Below, piece after piece: positions 1 through 12,648 of a stretch of DNA of 64,000 bases. The stretch's first letter is position 1. The number at the start of each line of letters is the position of its first letter. The notes under the pieces are model-generated. The model was not told the DNA's origin, did no database searches, and saw only the letters and a list, made by a program, of their open reading frames with translations. A program made the translations under genes and the position numbers. The DNA comes from Pseudogymnoascus verrucosus (Eukaryota), in NCBI GenBank assembly GCA_001662655.1, contig KV460210.1. One strand, written 5' to 3'.

Positions 1-1385
1 TCGTACTGATCGACGTGCCCACCCAGGCAAGCTCCAAGTGGAAGTTCTTGCCCCTCCTGAGAATAAGGAAGATATGGATTATATGTGGAAAAACGCACTA
101 CGCCGCAAAAGAGACTACCAAGAGACAGTCAAGAAGCAAAAGCGCGAGTTCGAACAAGAAATTGAAGAAGTCACCGGAAAGCGCAAGCGTGATGACGATG
201 ATGAGCCCGTGAAGATGAACGGAAAGCTTCGGCGGAAGGAGAAGAGAAAGGCAATGCAAGAAAAACTTCAACATAAGTCTAAGATTGAGGCTGGCCAAGG
301 AAAGCCCATCGCCGACACACCTGCAGAGGATAAAGCCGCATTGAATACTGCCGGTATGTTGTTAAGGGCGGATAAAATCGATTTTGCTGACTTTATAAGT
401 GAGATGCCACAAGCAGACATCACCGGCCATTCCTCTGGCGCTTATACTCAACAACCGTCGCCGTGTACCCGCTAGCACAGCCGGTGGGAATGAAACATAT
501 GCACCTTTTGTCAATGCCAACTATCGCGCCAACCTTCGCGTCACCGACTTCTTCCCTCACAAACTCGAAGATTTCTCAGTTGGTAGAAAGCCAAACGAAT
601 TCGACTGTCTCTCTGACTTCGACCCTACGTCGGATGAAGAGGATGATATTAATACTGTCGGTAAAGACATTAGTGACTTTGTACTCCGTGATAACGACCA
701 TCTACAGTGGAGTTGGCGATTCGCATTGCAAGTCGAAGATGCAAGTCCATCCGAAAGCCCAACAAAAGAGCGTGTTTGGGTTTTAATCGATAATGAGTCA
801 GGTCAGTTTCTATTGACTGAAAATGCTGCGAATCTCCGCACGACGCCCGATGTTCTTGCTGCTGTGCGCGAGAGGCTCTTTGTGCTATGGGGCGACCTAG
901 AGGAAAGGAAGGCCGCCTACCTGAACAGCGCCGAAGGAAAGATCCTTCTCCCGCGGTCACTGGAGTCATCCAGCTTGTCAAGAGATGTTTCGCCTCCTCC
1001 TAAGATCCCCCAAAAGCTTATATCTCGACCTGGAGAACAGCCACCAGATAGTGACGAAGAAATGCCTGATGACGAATCACCCCCCCAAAAAGCACCCGCC
1101 GAGCGAGATCCAAACTCATTGGAAAGTATTAGAAAGGCTACCCCTAAACAAGCAGCTACACGTCTTGCTGCGAAGCTGAGGGAAATTGGAGACCAGGCCC
1201 AAAATAAGCCATTTCCGGGATGCATTCGAGAGTATGGCATCAAAGTTAAGGTTGAAGAGCCGGCTTCGGATGAAGAAAATGAGGATGACGAAGATGACGA
1301 GGATCAAAGCCAGCGAACAGAAAAGCCTGTGGTAGCGACAAAGTGGGAAAGAAAGTTTGGGCTACATGGGACTATAATTGTATGA
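1..1385 (+). CDS. Protection-of-telomeres (POT1-like) ssDNA-binding protein, 3' part (5' end outside window)
   Basis: ORFs 38..475 and 399..1385 join through an intron 354-399 (GTATGT..ATAAG, giving NTA-V-RCHK). The C-terminal motifs PFVNANYRANLRVTDFFP, WSWRFALQVED, LFVLWGDLEERK, NKPF-CIREYG and WERKFGL resemble the Pezizomycotina POT1 C-terminus. Confidence 0.7.
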
Positions 1386-1913
1386 ATTGTGCCTGGAAAT
1401 TCAACCCCATGATTTTGGATGATAAGGATCAGAATGGCAATTTGATACAGCATTAACGCCACATAATGTAAGGTTACAATTAATGGGAGACCTCCTTAGG
1501 GCAACCCCTACGCCCACAGCACTGCCGAATGGGTATCCCGCCTCATTTGGTACAAGGTAGACTGGACTGGGGGTCAAGAAAAGCAACTGGACCGCCGACC
1601 TCTAGTTCAACATCGGACTCAAACGGGGAGAAACAGCAGGACGTTGAGCAGCCTGAGAAACAACACAAGATCCAACTTGATGTACCTTAGTGCATACAAA
1701 TGGAAAGAGTCACCTCTGACCTTGGTCAATGATTTGGTAGACATTCTGGCATCTGGTGCAACGGCAGCCTTGGAACGGCGGCCTGCATCTGCATAAACTA
1801 CGATGGAGGGCTGAGCACCTCTAGGTTGGCGTATAGATATTATTGTATAGTATTATCCTAGATGAATCAAATCCCAATGCCATCATATATCATAATTTCA
1901 TCGAACTAACCTG

Positions 1914-4900
1914 CTAACTCTCTTCCTGCATAAAATCCACGATCGCCTTAATCCCCGCAGGACCCAGCCCACGCCAAGGATAACACACATAAACCCTATC
2001 CAAACTAGCACCGAATTTCTCACGAAACTCAGTTTTATTCGTCAGTTTCAAACGCCCATTGATAATCTCATACGTCTTTTTCAGGAGCTTGAGCTTGCCC
2101 TTCCCCATGTTGCGGCCGCCGACAACAGTATCTGTCGCACCAGTGCCATACGTAATGCTGTGCACATCCGGCTCCTGGGCCACGATGGCCGCCATGGCAA
2201 ACACGCTCAGGGATTCGATGGTACCAGAGGGTGCGCCTGGGAACTCGAGCATGAATTTCACCTGGTAGCCGTTCTCTGGAGCAAGCTGATGCAGAACAAG
2301 TATCGCGTGGACACGGCCATCTCGGGAGCCGTCGGTGGCGTAGAAGTAGCGGCGGTGCTCTTCGTCAATCCAGGGCCTGATCTCTGTGAGATGGACCTGA
2401 GCGCCGGCTTTGCGCCTTGCCTTCCATTCGCCGATGCGCTCGTTAACTCGTGCTTTAAGCTCTACTGGGACAGGCTTGGTTTTGGGCCATTCGAAGTTCT
2501 TCACCCTTTGGTGCTCGGCATGGCGTATCTTTCTGGCGATATCATGGTCTTTAGACGCGATATTGTTGTGTGGATCAACTCTGTTCTCTGCGACTGGGCT
2601 CAGGGTGCGCCAATTGCATTTATCACCGAGGAACTCCTCTATCGCTGGGCCCGCCATAAGCCATAAAGGCTTGAGATCTCGTCGCTCTGTCTTAATATAG
2701 TTGAGGTATCCAGAAACAACCTGAGGGTATTGTGATTTAGCGCATAGAGGCTCTCCAACGGTGATTGCAAACCCATGATACGGGACAAAACCTTGAACCG
2801 CGCCTGTGGAAGGATGTCGCCAGATCTCGTAGCGTTCATCCAGCCAGGACGTATTGGCCGCATCGCCATAGTTTGCAATGAGCTTCTCGAGAGGTTGGTA
2901 GTCTTTGGGGACGATTTCTTGGTTCCGGTTTGTCTTGTCGGCCCATGGCGGATTGGTAGTACTTGCCTCTGGGTGCCGTAGGATGGGCCCTCCTAGATGT
3001 CTAGGAAGGGATTTTGGATCCCTCGGAAAGAGTGATGCTAGCCGGATATTGCCAAGGTCAAGGAAGAGGAATGTGAGTCTCTCGAGGCCAATACCGGCTC
3101 CAGCATGTGGGGGTGCAGCCCATCGGAAGCCCTCTATATAGTCGTTCATTACCTCAGGCTCTACCCCAAGCCTCCTCATGCGCTTTTCTAGGCAGCTAGC
3201 ATCGTGAATGCGTTGGCCACCGCTAAGTATTTCCTGGCCTCGAATAAAAATATCGAAGGAATTGGTGAAGTTTTCATTGCTAGGATCTGGCATTGTGTAA
3301 AATGGCCGCGCAGAGGCGGGGAATTTATCCAGAATATAGTAGTCTGACTGATATTTTTCTCTCACGAGCTGCCCAAGCCTTATTTCGGCTCTTGTGGACA
3401 AATCTTCGGTGTCAGATGGCGGGTTTCCCAATTCATCCGTCCATCCATCGGACAGCAATAGCTTGATACCCTCAGAAAATGATAATCGAGGTGTTTCATC
3501 GCGCCACAATAGGCTTTCATGAGGATAAAACTGAGATATTATCTCAATTTCTCTGCTATATCTTTCATATAAGCCCTTCCACATACTCTTTAACATTTCA
3601 TCAATCAAATCCAAGGTTTCGTGGTAGTGCTCCTCAAAGGCCATTTCTACCCGCTGGTCAGCTCGTGCATGGTTGGAGTTTGAAAGTAACTAACCAAGAT
3701 CTAGCCCAGTATATTCCGTGAGGTGCCGAGGTGTATTGCTGTTTTCGGCTCGGAATACCGCTCCAATTTCATATACTCTCTCAAAATCTGCAGCGATACA
3801 CATCTGCTTCGCTAGCTGGGGTGACTAATTTTCACATTATTAGAATCAGCCATGATTTTTGAGTATAATTAAATAACATACCTGGGCCAAATATACTGGC
3901 CTGCCAAAATAGTTGACTTCGAAGACAGACGCCCCTGACTCGGTTGCGCTACCTTGCAGCTTTGGTGTGTGGATTTCAATAAACCCTTGGGAATCTAAAT
4001 AAGAACGGAACATATTGCTTATTCCCGATTGGATGCGAAAGATGCCTTGAGAACACGTCGTGCGGAGGTCAACGATCCTATTATTTAGACGGTAAGTCTG
4101 AGGCAACGCTTTGCTATGCCTACCACCTTCGGTGCTTCCTGGAAAGGCATAAGCAGATGAGAGTCATTGAACATGGAGGAACTTACCTCGCGAGCCCCTC
4201 TCAACGCTAGTTTCACTGCTGTGACCGTCGCCAGCAGTGGTTTGGCTGCCCTGACCATTGGATTCTCCGGATATTTCCTCGTCGGATTCGCCCGAGGCCT
4301 CCTCACTTTCTCTCAGACTGAATCTCCCAATATTCTCAGCCTCGTACACAGAAAAAGGCACATGTTCGGATAATTGTGAGATCAGATGTATTTCTTGAAC
4401 CTCAATCTCTGCATCGTGTATCGTTGCTGTATGGACGGTATCGGGAGGGCTGCGGACCTTCCCTTTAACAAGTACAATACTTTCTAGGGGATAGTGTAGA
4501 ACGGCCCGCACCATTTGCTCTGATACAATTCCACCTAATTCATTGCCCACGCCATTGGGACGCATATTTTGATGGCTATATCTCCCTCCATCTCCATCTC
4601 CATCGTCCGGGTGGCTGGCCTCGAGCACGCCCTGAATTGTGAATGTTTGCTGACGGAAGACGAGGAATATCAATTTAGCGCTCAATCGTCGTATGGTATG
4701 TATTCGAGCCCTGAATGTAATAATATGGCCAATTTCGTCTATTCATTATAAGCTAGATTCAATGACCGTTGGACTAAGACCAGTAAAGAATAACGTACCA
4801 GAAAAGTCCAGCTCCTCGAACTGATACCTTCCATAATATTCCATCTCTTCGTCGCTTCTCTTCCTAGTCTTGCTCATATTTATGCTCAGGGGCTTATAGA

Positions 4901-5270
4901 GCTTGGTGAGTTCAGGCGGACCATGATTTAAAAATTTGGCATCTTTCTCGCGGGCGGAGATCCCATATTGCTGCTCCTTGTGTCTTCTTGTTTCCCTCCT
5001 TTCGTGCTTTGCTCTTTTGGGCCTTGCTCGCTGGTGCCGGGTCGAATCCTCGCCGGTGACTGCCACACCTTCCGGTACATTTCGGGCAGCAAATACCGGC
5101 CTGTGTGCAATTCGTGATGGTTCATTTTCCTCGGGTTTGCCTCCAGTCTTGAGTCGCCTGAGTGGAGCCTTTAACTTCTGCGCGAGCTTGCTTTTAATCC
5201 CATTTGGTTTGCGATCCTCGCCATTGGAAGCACCTGGCTCTTTCTTCAGTGCTTTCAACATCTGGGCCAT
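1914..5270 (-). CDS. erdS: Ergosteryl-3beta-O-aspartate synthase (aspartyl-tRNA synthetase fused to DUF2156/aminoacyl-tRNA transferase domain), multi-exon
   Basis: Spliced from ORFs 4746..5306, 4164..4685, 3846..4106 and 1914..3644. It has a eukaryotic AspRS core: OB-fold, [75 protein letters not shown]. About 360 extra residues follow ([23 protein letters not shown]...F..AP.GTIE....F..KFG). Probable ATG at 5270. Confidence 0.88.
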
Positions 5271-5827
5271 AGCAAGGGTCTCCCAAAATTTACCACCAAT
5301 GGTCAATCATATGGTTTTGAGGGTCCTGAAGGCAGGTAGCCTGATATCTCACTTTGGATTGTGAACAAAACCACATGCGCAACATGGGCAAACCATCAGA
5401 AAGAATACCAGTCAATGGAGTCAAACAATGAAACCCTTAAAAATAATATCAACGGTATAATATGATTTTTAATTGAAGGGTACGATTTGAAATATTGCTA
5501 AATAGGCAAATATATGGTACCAAGGGACCTTGTTGGACTGTGACATCATCTTCCATACCTTATTAATCTCGACCCATAACATCGTCAACCATAATTCTTA
5601 CAACTCGAGCCGAGCAAACTCATACTTGTGCTTAAGCCACATACGACAATGAAAATAACTATTCAACAATAGGGCCGCTGTTATTGAATTGTTTAATGTC
5701 GTATTTGTTTCTCAAGGCATCGGCCCCTAACTGGGATTCCCCCATAATAATTTTAACCTTAAAACGATATTCTCAACACTTGCGTTTTGCTAAGAAATAC
5801 CTCGCTCACTAATATTGCTTTACCGAT

Positions 5828-7098
5828 ATGGACTCCAATACTGGGTATCGGTGGCTCCTGTAAGTCGTATTATTTCCTTTTTTACTCGGGTTTTTTTCTG
5901 ATATGTTAATCATAGACACCTGAAGGCTATAATTTGGAGATATCTAATGTGGATTGGAATGCTCATCCACCATCGCGCCCAGCCTGCCTCCAGGCCCCCT
6001 TCCTTCATTGTCAAAGCTCCATCGAGATTATCGGTGCAAAGAGGAGATATTTGCCTTGTCTTCTACGTCCCAGAGAAATACCACACCTCTTCGGATGAGC
6101 ATCGTTTTCCAGTCATCATTAATTTCCATGGCGGTGGATTTACCTTGGGCACGGGAACTGATGATGCCCGATGGGCGCGCTATGTTGTGGAGAAGACCGA
6201 AGCTGTTTTTGTGAGCGTAGAGTATCGACTAGCACCAAAGTACCCCTTCAGCGTCGCTGGTGATGATGGAACTGACGCCTTGATATACCTGGCTGCACAT
6301 TCCGAGGAGTTACGTCTTGATCCCCAAACGATCATCCTTGGCGGTTTCTCCGCCGGGGGAAATCTCGCCTTAACAATTCCTTTCATCTTCTACGAGTTAA
6401 AAAACGGCAGCGAAAAGCGCTTCTTACGGCCCAATGACTCAGATGGAGCCGACCAGAACGATTTGAGCCAGATGAACTCGCCTCCTACTGTCCCGCAAGC
6501 CTGCCAAGCTAGTTCACAAAGCACTCCTTTAATTGAATGCCGGGCGACAGCTTTAGAGACAGTGCAAGAAATTCCTCCACTTACGATATGTGCTATTGTC
6601 TCATTTTATCCTCCAACAGACTTTCGAATACCCCGCGCAACCAAACGCACGACAAACTCTCGGCCTGAACTCAACTTATCGGCAGCACTCACCAATCTCT
6701 TTGACGACTCGTATCTCTCATCGGAATACGCTGAAACATCATTGCATCTAGGAGACCCCTATCTCTCACCTGCTGCGGCCAGCGATGATCTATTGAGAGC
6801 TGCTTATCCTCAGTTGATCATACTCTATACCTGCGAGCACGACATGCTCAATGCCGAAGGAGTTACATTCGGGGAGAGGCTGAAGAGTCCAAACATCGGT
6901 AAGACCGTGAAAGGTGGGATTATTGAGAATGTTCCACATGCATTTGACAAGATGCCGAATCCAATGAAATACCGAGAGGCTGCCGAAAGAGTATATGGTG
7001 AGGCATGCGCGGAGCTAATTGCAGCTGGATTGGGGAGTGGTGCACACCAAACAGAACGGGCACAGCCCAAGCACAGTAAGACGGTAGACAGGTTTTAA
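5828..7098 (+). CDS. erdH: Alpha/beta hydrolase (HSL-like lipase/esterase), probable ergosteryl-aspartate hydrolase
   Basis: ATG 5828 and an intron of about 5860-5915 give MDSNTGYRWLLHLKAIIWRYLMWIG. HGGGF oxyanion motif, GFSAGG nucleophile, EHDML and VPHAFD (Asp/His). Head-to-head with the erdS-like gene. Confidence 0.75.
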
Positions 7099-7541
7099 GA
7101 TATGAGCATTGGAGTTGATGACCATTTGATGGCTTACCAGTGGTATGTTAGCAACTCTGTATGCCAGTCGCTCTGACCCGAGCCCCGTTATGGGGCATTA
7201 CTAGTTGGCCCCCCCCCCTGTCCAACGAGATCGGCAATTGAAGGATCATCACGTGGTATATGTGGAAACAATTCCTCGTCGCCATGCAATCCTTCAGGGC
7301 CATATTCGAATCCGAATCCAATTATAGCTAAGGACAGTTCATTTTATGTTATATAACATCTTGCAACCTGTAAATTCTCCATCCTTGCTTATAGATTCCA
7401 ATTACTGACCAACATATCAGTTTCGGAAGATGACCACCTCTCTTCCAGGAGGATGTAAATGGCCGTGAAAGACGTTGGTCCGAATACATGACCTGATGAG
7501 AATCGCAGATCTAGTTTCTGCTCATTCCAGTCGCAGTTAAA

Positions 7542-9383
7542 ATGTCAGACTCAAACGCGTCGCCGGCGGAAGTCCGTGTTTCTGTCATCGCTCTGGTCGT
7601 TTCATTGGTTGCACTTGTTGCTACCACCGGGCAATTGCTACAACAGTATTTTGCAACAGCAGATGGCTACCGTCGTTGCCAATCGTCCGTCATGGGCGCT
7701 TGGGGTAAGAAGACAAGACTGCGGTGGAGATGGCGTCAGTTTCGATTTGAGACGCTGTATTCGACGCCTGAAATATTCATGACGGATATGTTTTATCCGA
7801 TCTGTTCGGCCGAATACCTGCTAGGGCTGAATGACATGGAACTCAATAAGCTGTGGAGTGCCCCTGGCCCCAACAACTATGGCAGACTTGCTGGCGAGAG
7901 CAGGTCTAATGGAGACCTTGTTGGCTGGCTTGAGTTGCTATCTCAGATGCACCGCTCAACTCATAAGTCATTGTCACCAGCTAAGACTAAAGATGATGTT
8001 AACCGTGAAATTAAACTCGTCAACGCACATCAACAATTTCACTCGGATTACCGCCGAATACCGGCAATAGAAGTTGTGGAAAGGTCATGGGACTTTCAGC
8101 CACCAGATGTGTCGCGGCCTTTGGCGAAAACTACGCTCAGTACTTTGGCGGTAATGGCTCGGAGGATGGGCATGCGATGGAAGGTCTTCCGCCCTGAAGA
8201 TGGGATCATGCACGCCGAAGGCGGCGGCCATGTCCTTACATCGACGGTTGTGAGAACGCTTGGTCTTGTTGTTCAATACAATTACCACGGCCAGACCGGC
8301 TCTTACTTCCTGAACAATTCATATTCTAAAAAAGCGGGCCTTGGGACAGCACGTAAGAATGAAGAAATATACATCCCCACTCGCGAAGCAGACAGTCTCG
8401 GCGCAGGTGTTGTTCGCGGGGATGAAAGACTTGGCCTCTCGGATTTTGTCCTCACAACCCAGGACGATATAGTCGATGCCCTGAACAGCCTAGTATCTAG
8501 GAACGGCATGGGTGATTTGCTGAAGGAAATATTGCGATTCGACGCTGGCTTTATGTTCCCCGTGGGAGATTTAATTGCCTTTTCCATGATACCGATGTGC
8601 ATTCCAAATCAAGGAGAATATATGTCACTGGTCCAGATACCTGCACCGAGCGATAATACAGGTGGAGTTACCGCGTCCAGAGCCGGCCGCCTCTCTTTCC
8701 GTGGGAGTCTTCGTGACCATCTTGGAGATGTATACTTACACAATGCCTTGGAAACACAATCCTTTGCCGACGTCTTAGAAACGGAATTATCCGCCGGTAT
8801 TTCAGAAACAGCCTCCTCTACCGACCCTGCAAGGTTTACAGCATCTTGGGCATTGACAAAGATCGAGCAACTGATAATCGAGGCCGATGACGACGACAAT
8901 CTCAAGAAGAACCCTCCTAAGAATGCGGAGGATGAAGGGTGGATCGTCCGCCGCAAGACTAGTGTCGTTACGCTGGCGCTCGACATACTTGCACAGTGCA
9001 GTGACTACTTCTCAAGCCTAAGTTCTGAGATCCCTCAATTCACATACCCGGCATTCCTAGATTCCCACATCCGTTGCTGCGATTTCGGATTTGAGCTCAA
9101 GGATAACTGGGACAACGGGCGAGAGCCAGGAAGCATAGAGCGAAGGATGATGCAGAACTTTACGAGATCTGAATATGATCAAGTCAGGCAGTATTTCGAT
9201 AGGCTGCCACTTTTAATGGACCATTGGAAAATGTGGGGATGGACAGATAAAGGGCAGATTCTCGATGTGTGGACGGTGATGATGCTGAGGGCGTTTTGCT
9301 GGGGAATCTGCCACTTTTTTGTTCCGGGCGAGAGGGTACCTATCAGGTATTATGGGAGCCAGCTGCCGGTCTGGCTGTCTTGA
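7542..9383 (+). CDS. Modin-like protein (similar to the Podospora mod-A family), N-terminal TM helix
   Basis: Intronless 613 aa ORF. N-terminus VIALVVSLVALVATTGQLLQQYFATADGYRRC..SVMG.W...RWRQFRFET and SWDFQPPDVSRPLA.TT are typical of fungal modin-like proteins. Confidence 0.65.
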   Translation: MSDSNASPAEVRVSVIALVVSLVALVATTGQLLQQYFATADGYRRCQSSVMGAWGKKTRLRWRWRQFRFETLYSTPEIFMTDMFYPICSAEYLLGLNDMELNKLWSAPGPNNYGRLAGESRSNGDLVGWLELLSQMHRSTHKSLSPAKTKDDVNREIKLVNAHQQFHSDYRRIPAIEVVERSWDFQPPDVSRPLAKTTLSTLAVMARRMGMRWKVFRPEDGIMHAEGGGHVLTSTVVRTLGLVVQYNYHGQTGSYFLNNSYSKKAGLGTARKNEEIYIPTREADSLGAGVVRGDERLGLSDFVLTTQDDIVDALNSLVSRNGMGDLLKEILRFDAGFMFPVGDLIAFSMIPMCIPNQGEYMSLVQIPAPSDNTGGVTASRAGRLSFRGSLRDHLGDVYLHNALETQSFADVLETELSAGISETASSTDPARFTASWALTKIEQLIIEADDDDNLKKNPPKNAEDEGWIVRRKTSVVTLALDILAQCSDYFSSLSSEIPQFTYPAFLDSHIRCCDFGFELKDNWDNGREPGSIERRMMQNFTRSEYDQVRQYFDRLPLLMDHWKMWGWTDKGQILDVWTVMMLRAFCWGICHFFVPGERVPIRYYGSQLPVWLS

Positions 9384-9663
9384 GTTGATGCTGGTTTCTC
9401 AGGACGTTGTCAACCGGTTGTTAGAGCTCGAGGCGGCAATACTGGTCCGGTGTCAAAATAGAGGCTGAACCGTCTATCAGTTATAGACTATATATCATGT
9501 TGGACATTTGCCAATTATACAATCTTAATCTTTATCTCAATTCTTTATACAAGAGATCTAACCTCGAACTTTATTTACTTCCATCTCGCCAAAAGGTATT
9601 ATATACAAGTGACGGTACCTTACTCCAGTCCTCTGCTCCTCCGGTTCGCCTTCCAAAGTCCTC

Positions 9664-10749
9664 TCATATCGCACCAGCTGGCAATATCTTCTTCTCTAGT
9701 TTCATCATCCACTTATTCGTCTGCTCGGCGAAAGATAAAGTCAAGATTGTATGTGGGAGAATCCGCGCCAAGTGCGGCAGGTAACCCTTATAGATGGCAA
9801 GGAGACCCTCCGTGCGCACAGTCTTCGAGAGACAGTCGTAGACACCCTTGTAGAGGTTTCCGTTCTGGTTGTACATTCGGGACATGATAGTATCTGCGTG
9901 TGTCAGTAAGAGTCATTTCACAGGATGGGTTTCTCATCCATAACATACCTGGTGGATGCATTACACAGCATACGACGAACCCACTCGCTGTGCTACTCGC
10001 GAGATGCAGAGCGGGTCCCTCTTCCATGCCAAAATGTTTCACTAACCTCCGCTTCGCGAAGAAGTATGTCGGCAGCTGCACGGAGCTGCCAAAGCCCGTC
10101 CTCACCATCGCGGCGCCTACACCGCGGTATAAGCCCTTCAACCCTTCGGTGCCATAGATGCTCCTGAACCCATCAAGCGCATTCTTATATTTATGCTGCG
10201 TTCCGACAGGTCGCATTGGCGAGAAGCTCTGCAATCTCGTCTTGATAAGGAAAAACGGGCTTCCCGCGGCGGCGCCAAGGATGCCGGAGGATGCGCCAGA
10301 GAAGACATTGACCCCGAGGGACTGCACCGTAGAGTCGCCGTAGACAACTTTCGTCGCCGTAGCACGGAGGGGCTCATAAAAACCGAGACGGCAGCCGTTA
10401 AGTAGGACTTGGTATATGTAGGCAGCCCCGATACCGCGGTAGATTCCTCTGAGACCCTCATTTCGAACGATGACGGTGACGCCGTGGATCGGACCCTTAT
10501 ATAGTTTAGGTTGTTGCGACTTGCCTTGCAGCTCGCCCTGCAATTGCATGCTTGGAAGAGTCAGCGCGGTGAAAAGGCCAGCGGAGGGGTGTGAACAAAC
10601 CGGATCTTGACTGTCTCGAAGGGATGGGTTGCTGTCACTGCGCCGCAGGCTGCAACGCCGCCAGCGATGAATGCGCTGGGGGAATTGTTAGCATTCTGCG
10701 GTTTAGTCGTTCACCCGGGTGCTCCGGCTCACCCTAACGTGGTCGACAT
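9664..10749 (-). CDS. OAC1: Mitochondrial oxaloacetate/sulfate carrier
   Basis: Spliced gene beginning MSTTLG. Carrier repeats THPFETVKIR, SPFFLIKTR, HPPD; YQVLLNGCRLGFYEP and HLARILPHTILTL. Confidence 0.85.
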
Positions 10750-11388
10750 CTTTCACCGATGTCTTCTCGCAACTTCCTCTTCCTCAGCACTCAAGCCGCC
10801 TCCGGGCCGTTCTAAGACTCGTCGGACTGAGTAGACAGCCAGTCGGATATATGATAAAAGAGTGGTTATCCGATTGCGCCCCCCAGTGTGCAAACAACAA
10901 AGACAAGAAGGAAAAGAAGCCGCTGGAAAAATAGATAATATTTTAAAACCTGAGAGAGTGCGGCTTGCTGACGGATATATTGTGCCCAGAGAGCTTATGC
11001 TGGTTGATCACTCGCGTGGCAGCCGTTCGCCGAGACCGCAGTCAGAACCGGGACCCTTGTCCGTCTTAGTCTTAGTGCTTGTTGCGGACTCCGACACTCC
11101 GACACTGGAAAGCCGATCCGAACCGCAGCAACCCTTGCGACAAGGCTGAACAAAATTTGGTCACGTGCAGGTGCTACTGTGAAATTGTGGGGCATCCTTG
11201 GAGAAGGCTGGGACAAGGCGCTGGCGAGAGCTTCCTCTAATCCAGTAGCCTCACTCCGCGACGACAAGAGAGCAACTCAACAACACAATGAGCGCATAGA
11301 GAATCTATAAGCTTCTTAGGCATGATTTTGTTTTGCCATATTGCTGAATACTAGCACATATTTCCCTTTCTCCCTTTCTCCTTCCACC

Positions 11389-12648
11389 ATGAGCTCCACA
11401 CTCATGGACGTGGACTCCCCGAGGCCGGCGCCCAATGCAAATGGAGGCATTGGCCTCTCCAGGTCAGGCATCAATGTGCCGGCTATTGCGAAAGTCAGCG
11501 ATATAATATCAAACTTTCGGCCAACAAGGGTAAGCCTGTTGCGAATTCACTCACTTGCCCACTCATAGCTAATACTGCCCCATTCAAGCTCTTCAAGCGC
11601 GACTATCATAACGAGCCCACGACGGTGCTCTCACTGGACTTTGATGACAAAGGCGAGCTCCTGATGACCTCCGAGACGGATGAGTCCATCCAGCTATATA
11701 ATGTCCTCGATGGCACGTTCAACAAGTCGCTGTTCAGCAAAAAATACGGTGTCAAGCACGCCAAATTCACACACAAGTCCACGAGCATCATCTACGCCAG
11801 TACAAAAGAGAACAGTATGCCTTGCGCTCTCTCTGCTATGGATGACTCGAGATTCTAATTCATATTCTGCAGATGATATCCGCTACCTCGCGACCCACGA
11901 CAACTCCTTCCTACGCTACTTCAAAGGTCACACTGGGTCGGTAACCTGCCTCACAATGAACCCCGGCAGCGACACATTCGTCTCCTCCTCCCTCGACAAC
12001 ACCGTCCGCATCTGGGACCTCAACAGCGTAAACCCAATCGGAATGCTCAACATCAACTCCCCCCACCTCACAGCCTTCGATCCCTCCGCCTGCGTCCTCG
12101 CTATCGCCTCTCCTGCCGCACAAACTATCCTCCTCTACGACATCCGCAAATTCGATGAAGAGCCCTTCGCCTCCTTCGACCTCTACCCCTACGCCAAACA
12201 CGACCCAACCGCGCGCGCCTGGCGCTCCCTCGACTTCTCCAACGACGGGAAATCTCTCCTCATCGGTACAGCGGGTAATACGCACTTCGTTCTCGACGCC
12301 TTCGATGGCAAGCTCAAGCACGGCCTCATCCGCAAATCTGGCGGCGCGCGCCGTCTCCCCTTGAGCAAAGAGGGACCTGATGGGGAGGATGACATGGAGG
12401 CGCTTCACCACACCAGCGGTGACGTGTGTTTCTCGCCCGATGGGCGGTACGTGCTGAGCGGACAGCAGCGTAGTAACGTGCTCGTGTATGATATCACAGG
12501 CGCGACACAGGCTGGAGGGAACACACCGATGGTCGAGCTCGAAAGTAAGAGCGAGGTGGCGGCGATACGGTATAATCCGCGCTTCAATATGTTTGCGACG
12601 GCGGACAGGGAGCTGAATTTCTGGGTGCCGGATCGGGACTCGGTTTAA
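11389..12648 (+). CDS. SWD2: WD40 protein, COMPASS/CPF subunit Swd2 (WDR82)
   Basis: Three exons. SKKYGVKHAKFTH, IRYLATHDNSFLRYFKGH, FSNDGKSLLIGT, FSPDGRYVLSG, YNPRFNMFATAD..L.FW. Confidence 0.9.

Noticed and set aside
1914..5270. Annotation as the housekeeping cytosolic AspRS (DPS1)
   Set aside because: The long C-terminal fusion and the divergent hydrolase fit ErdS instead.
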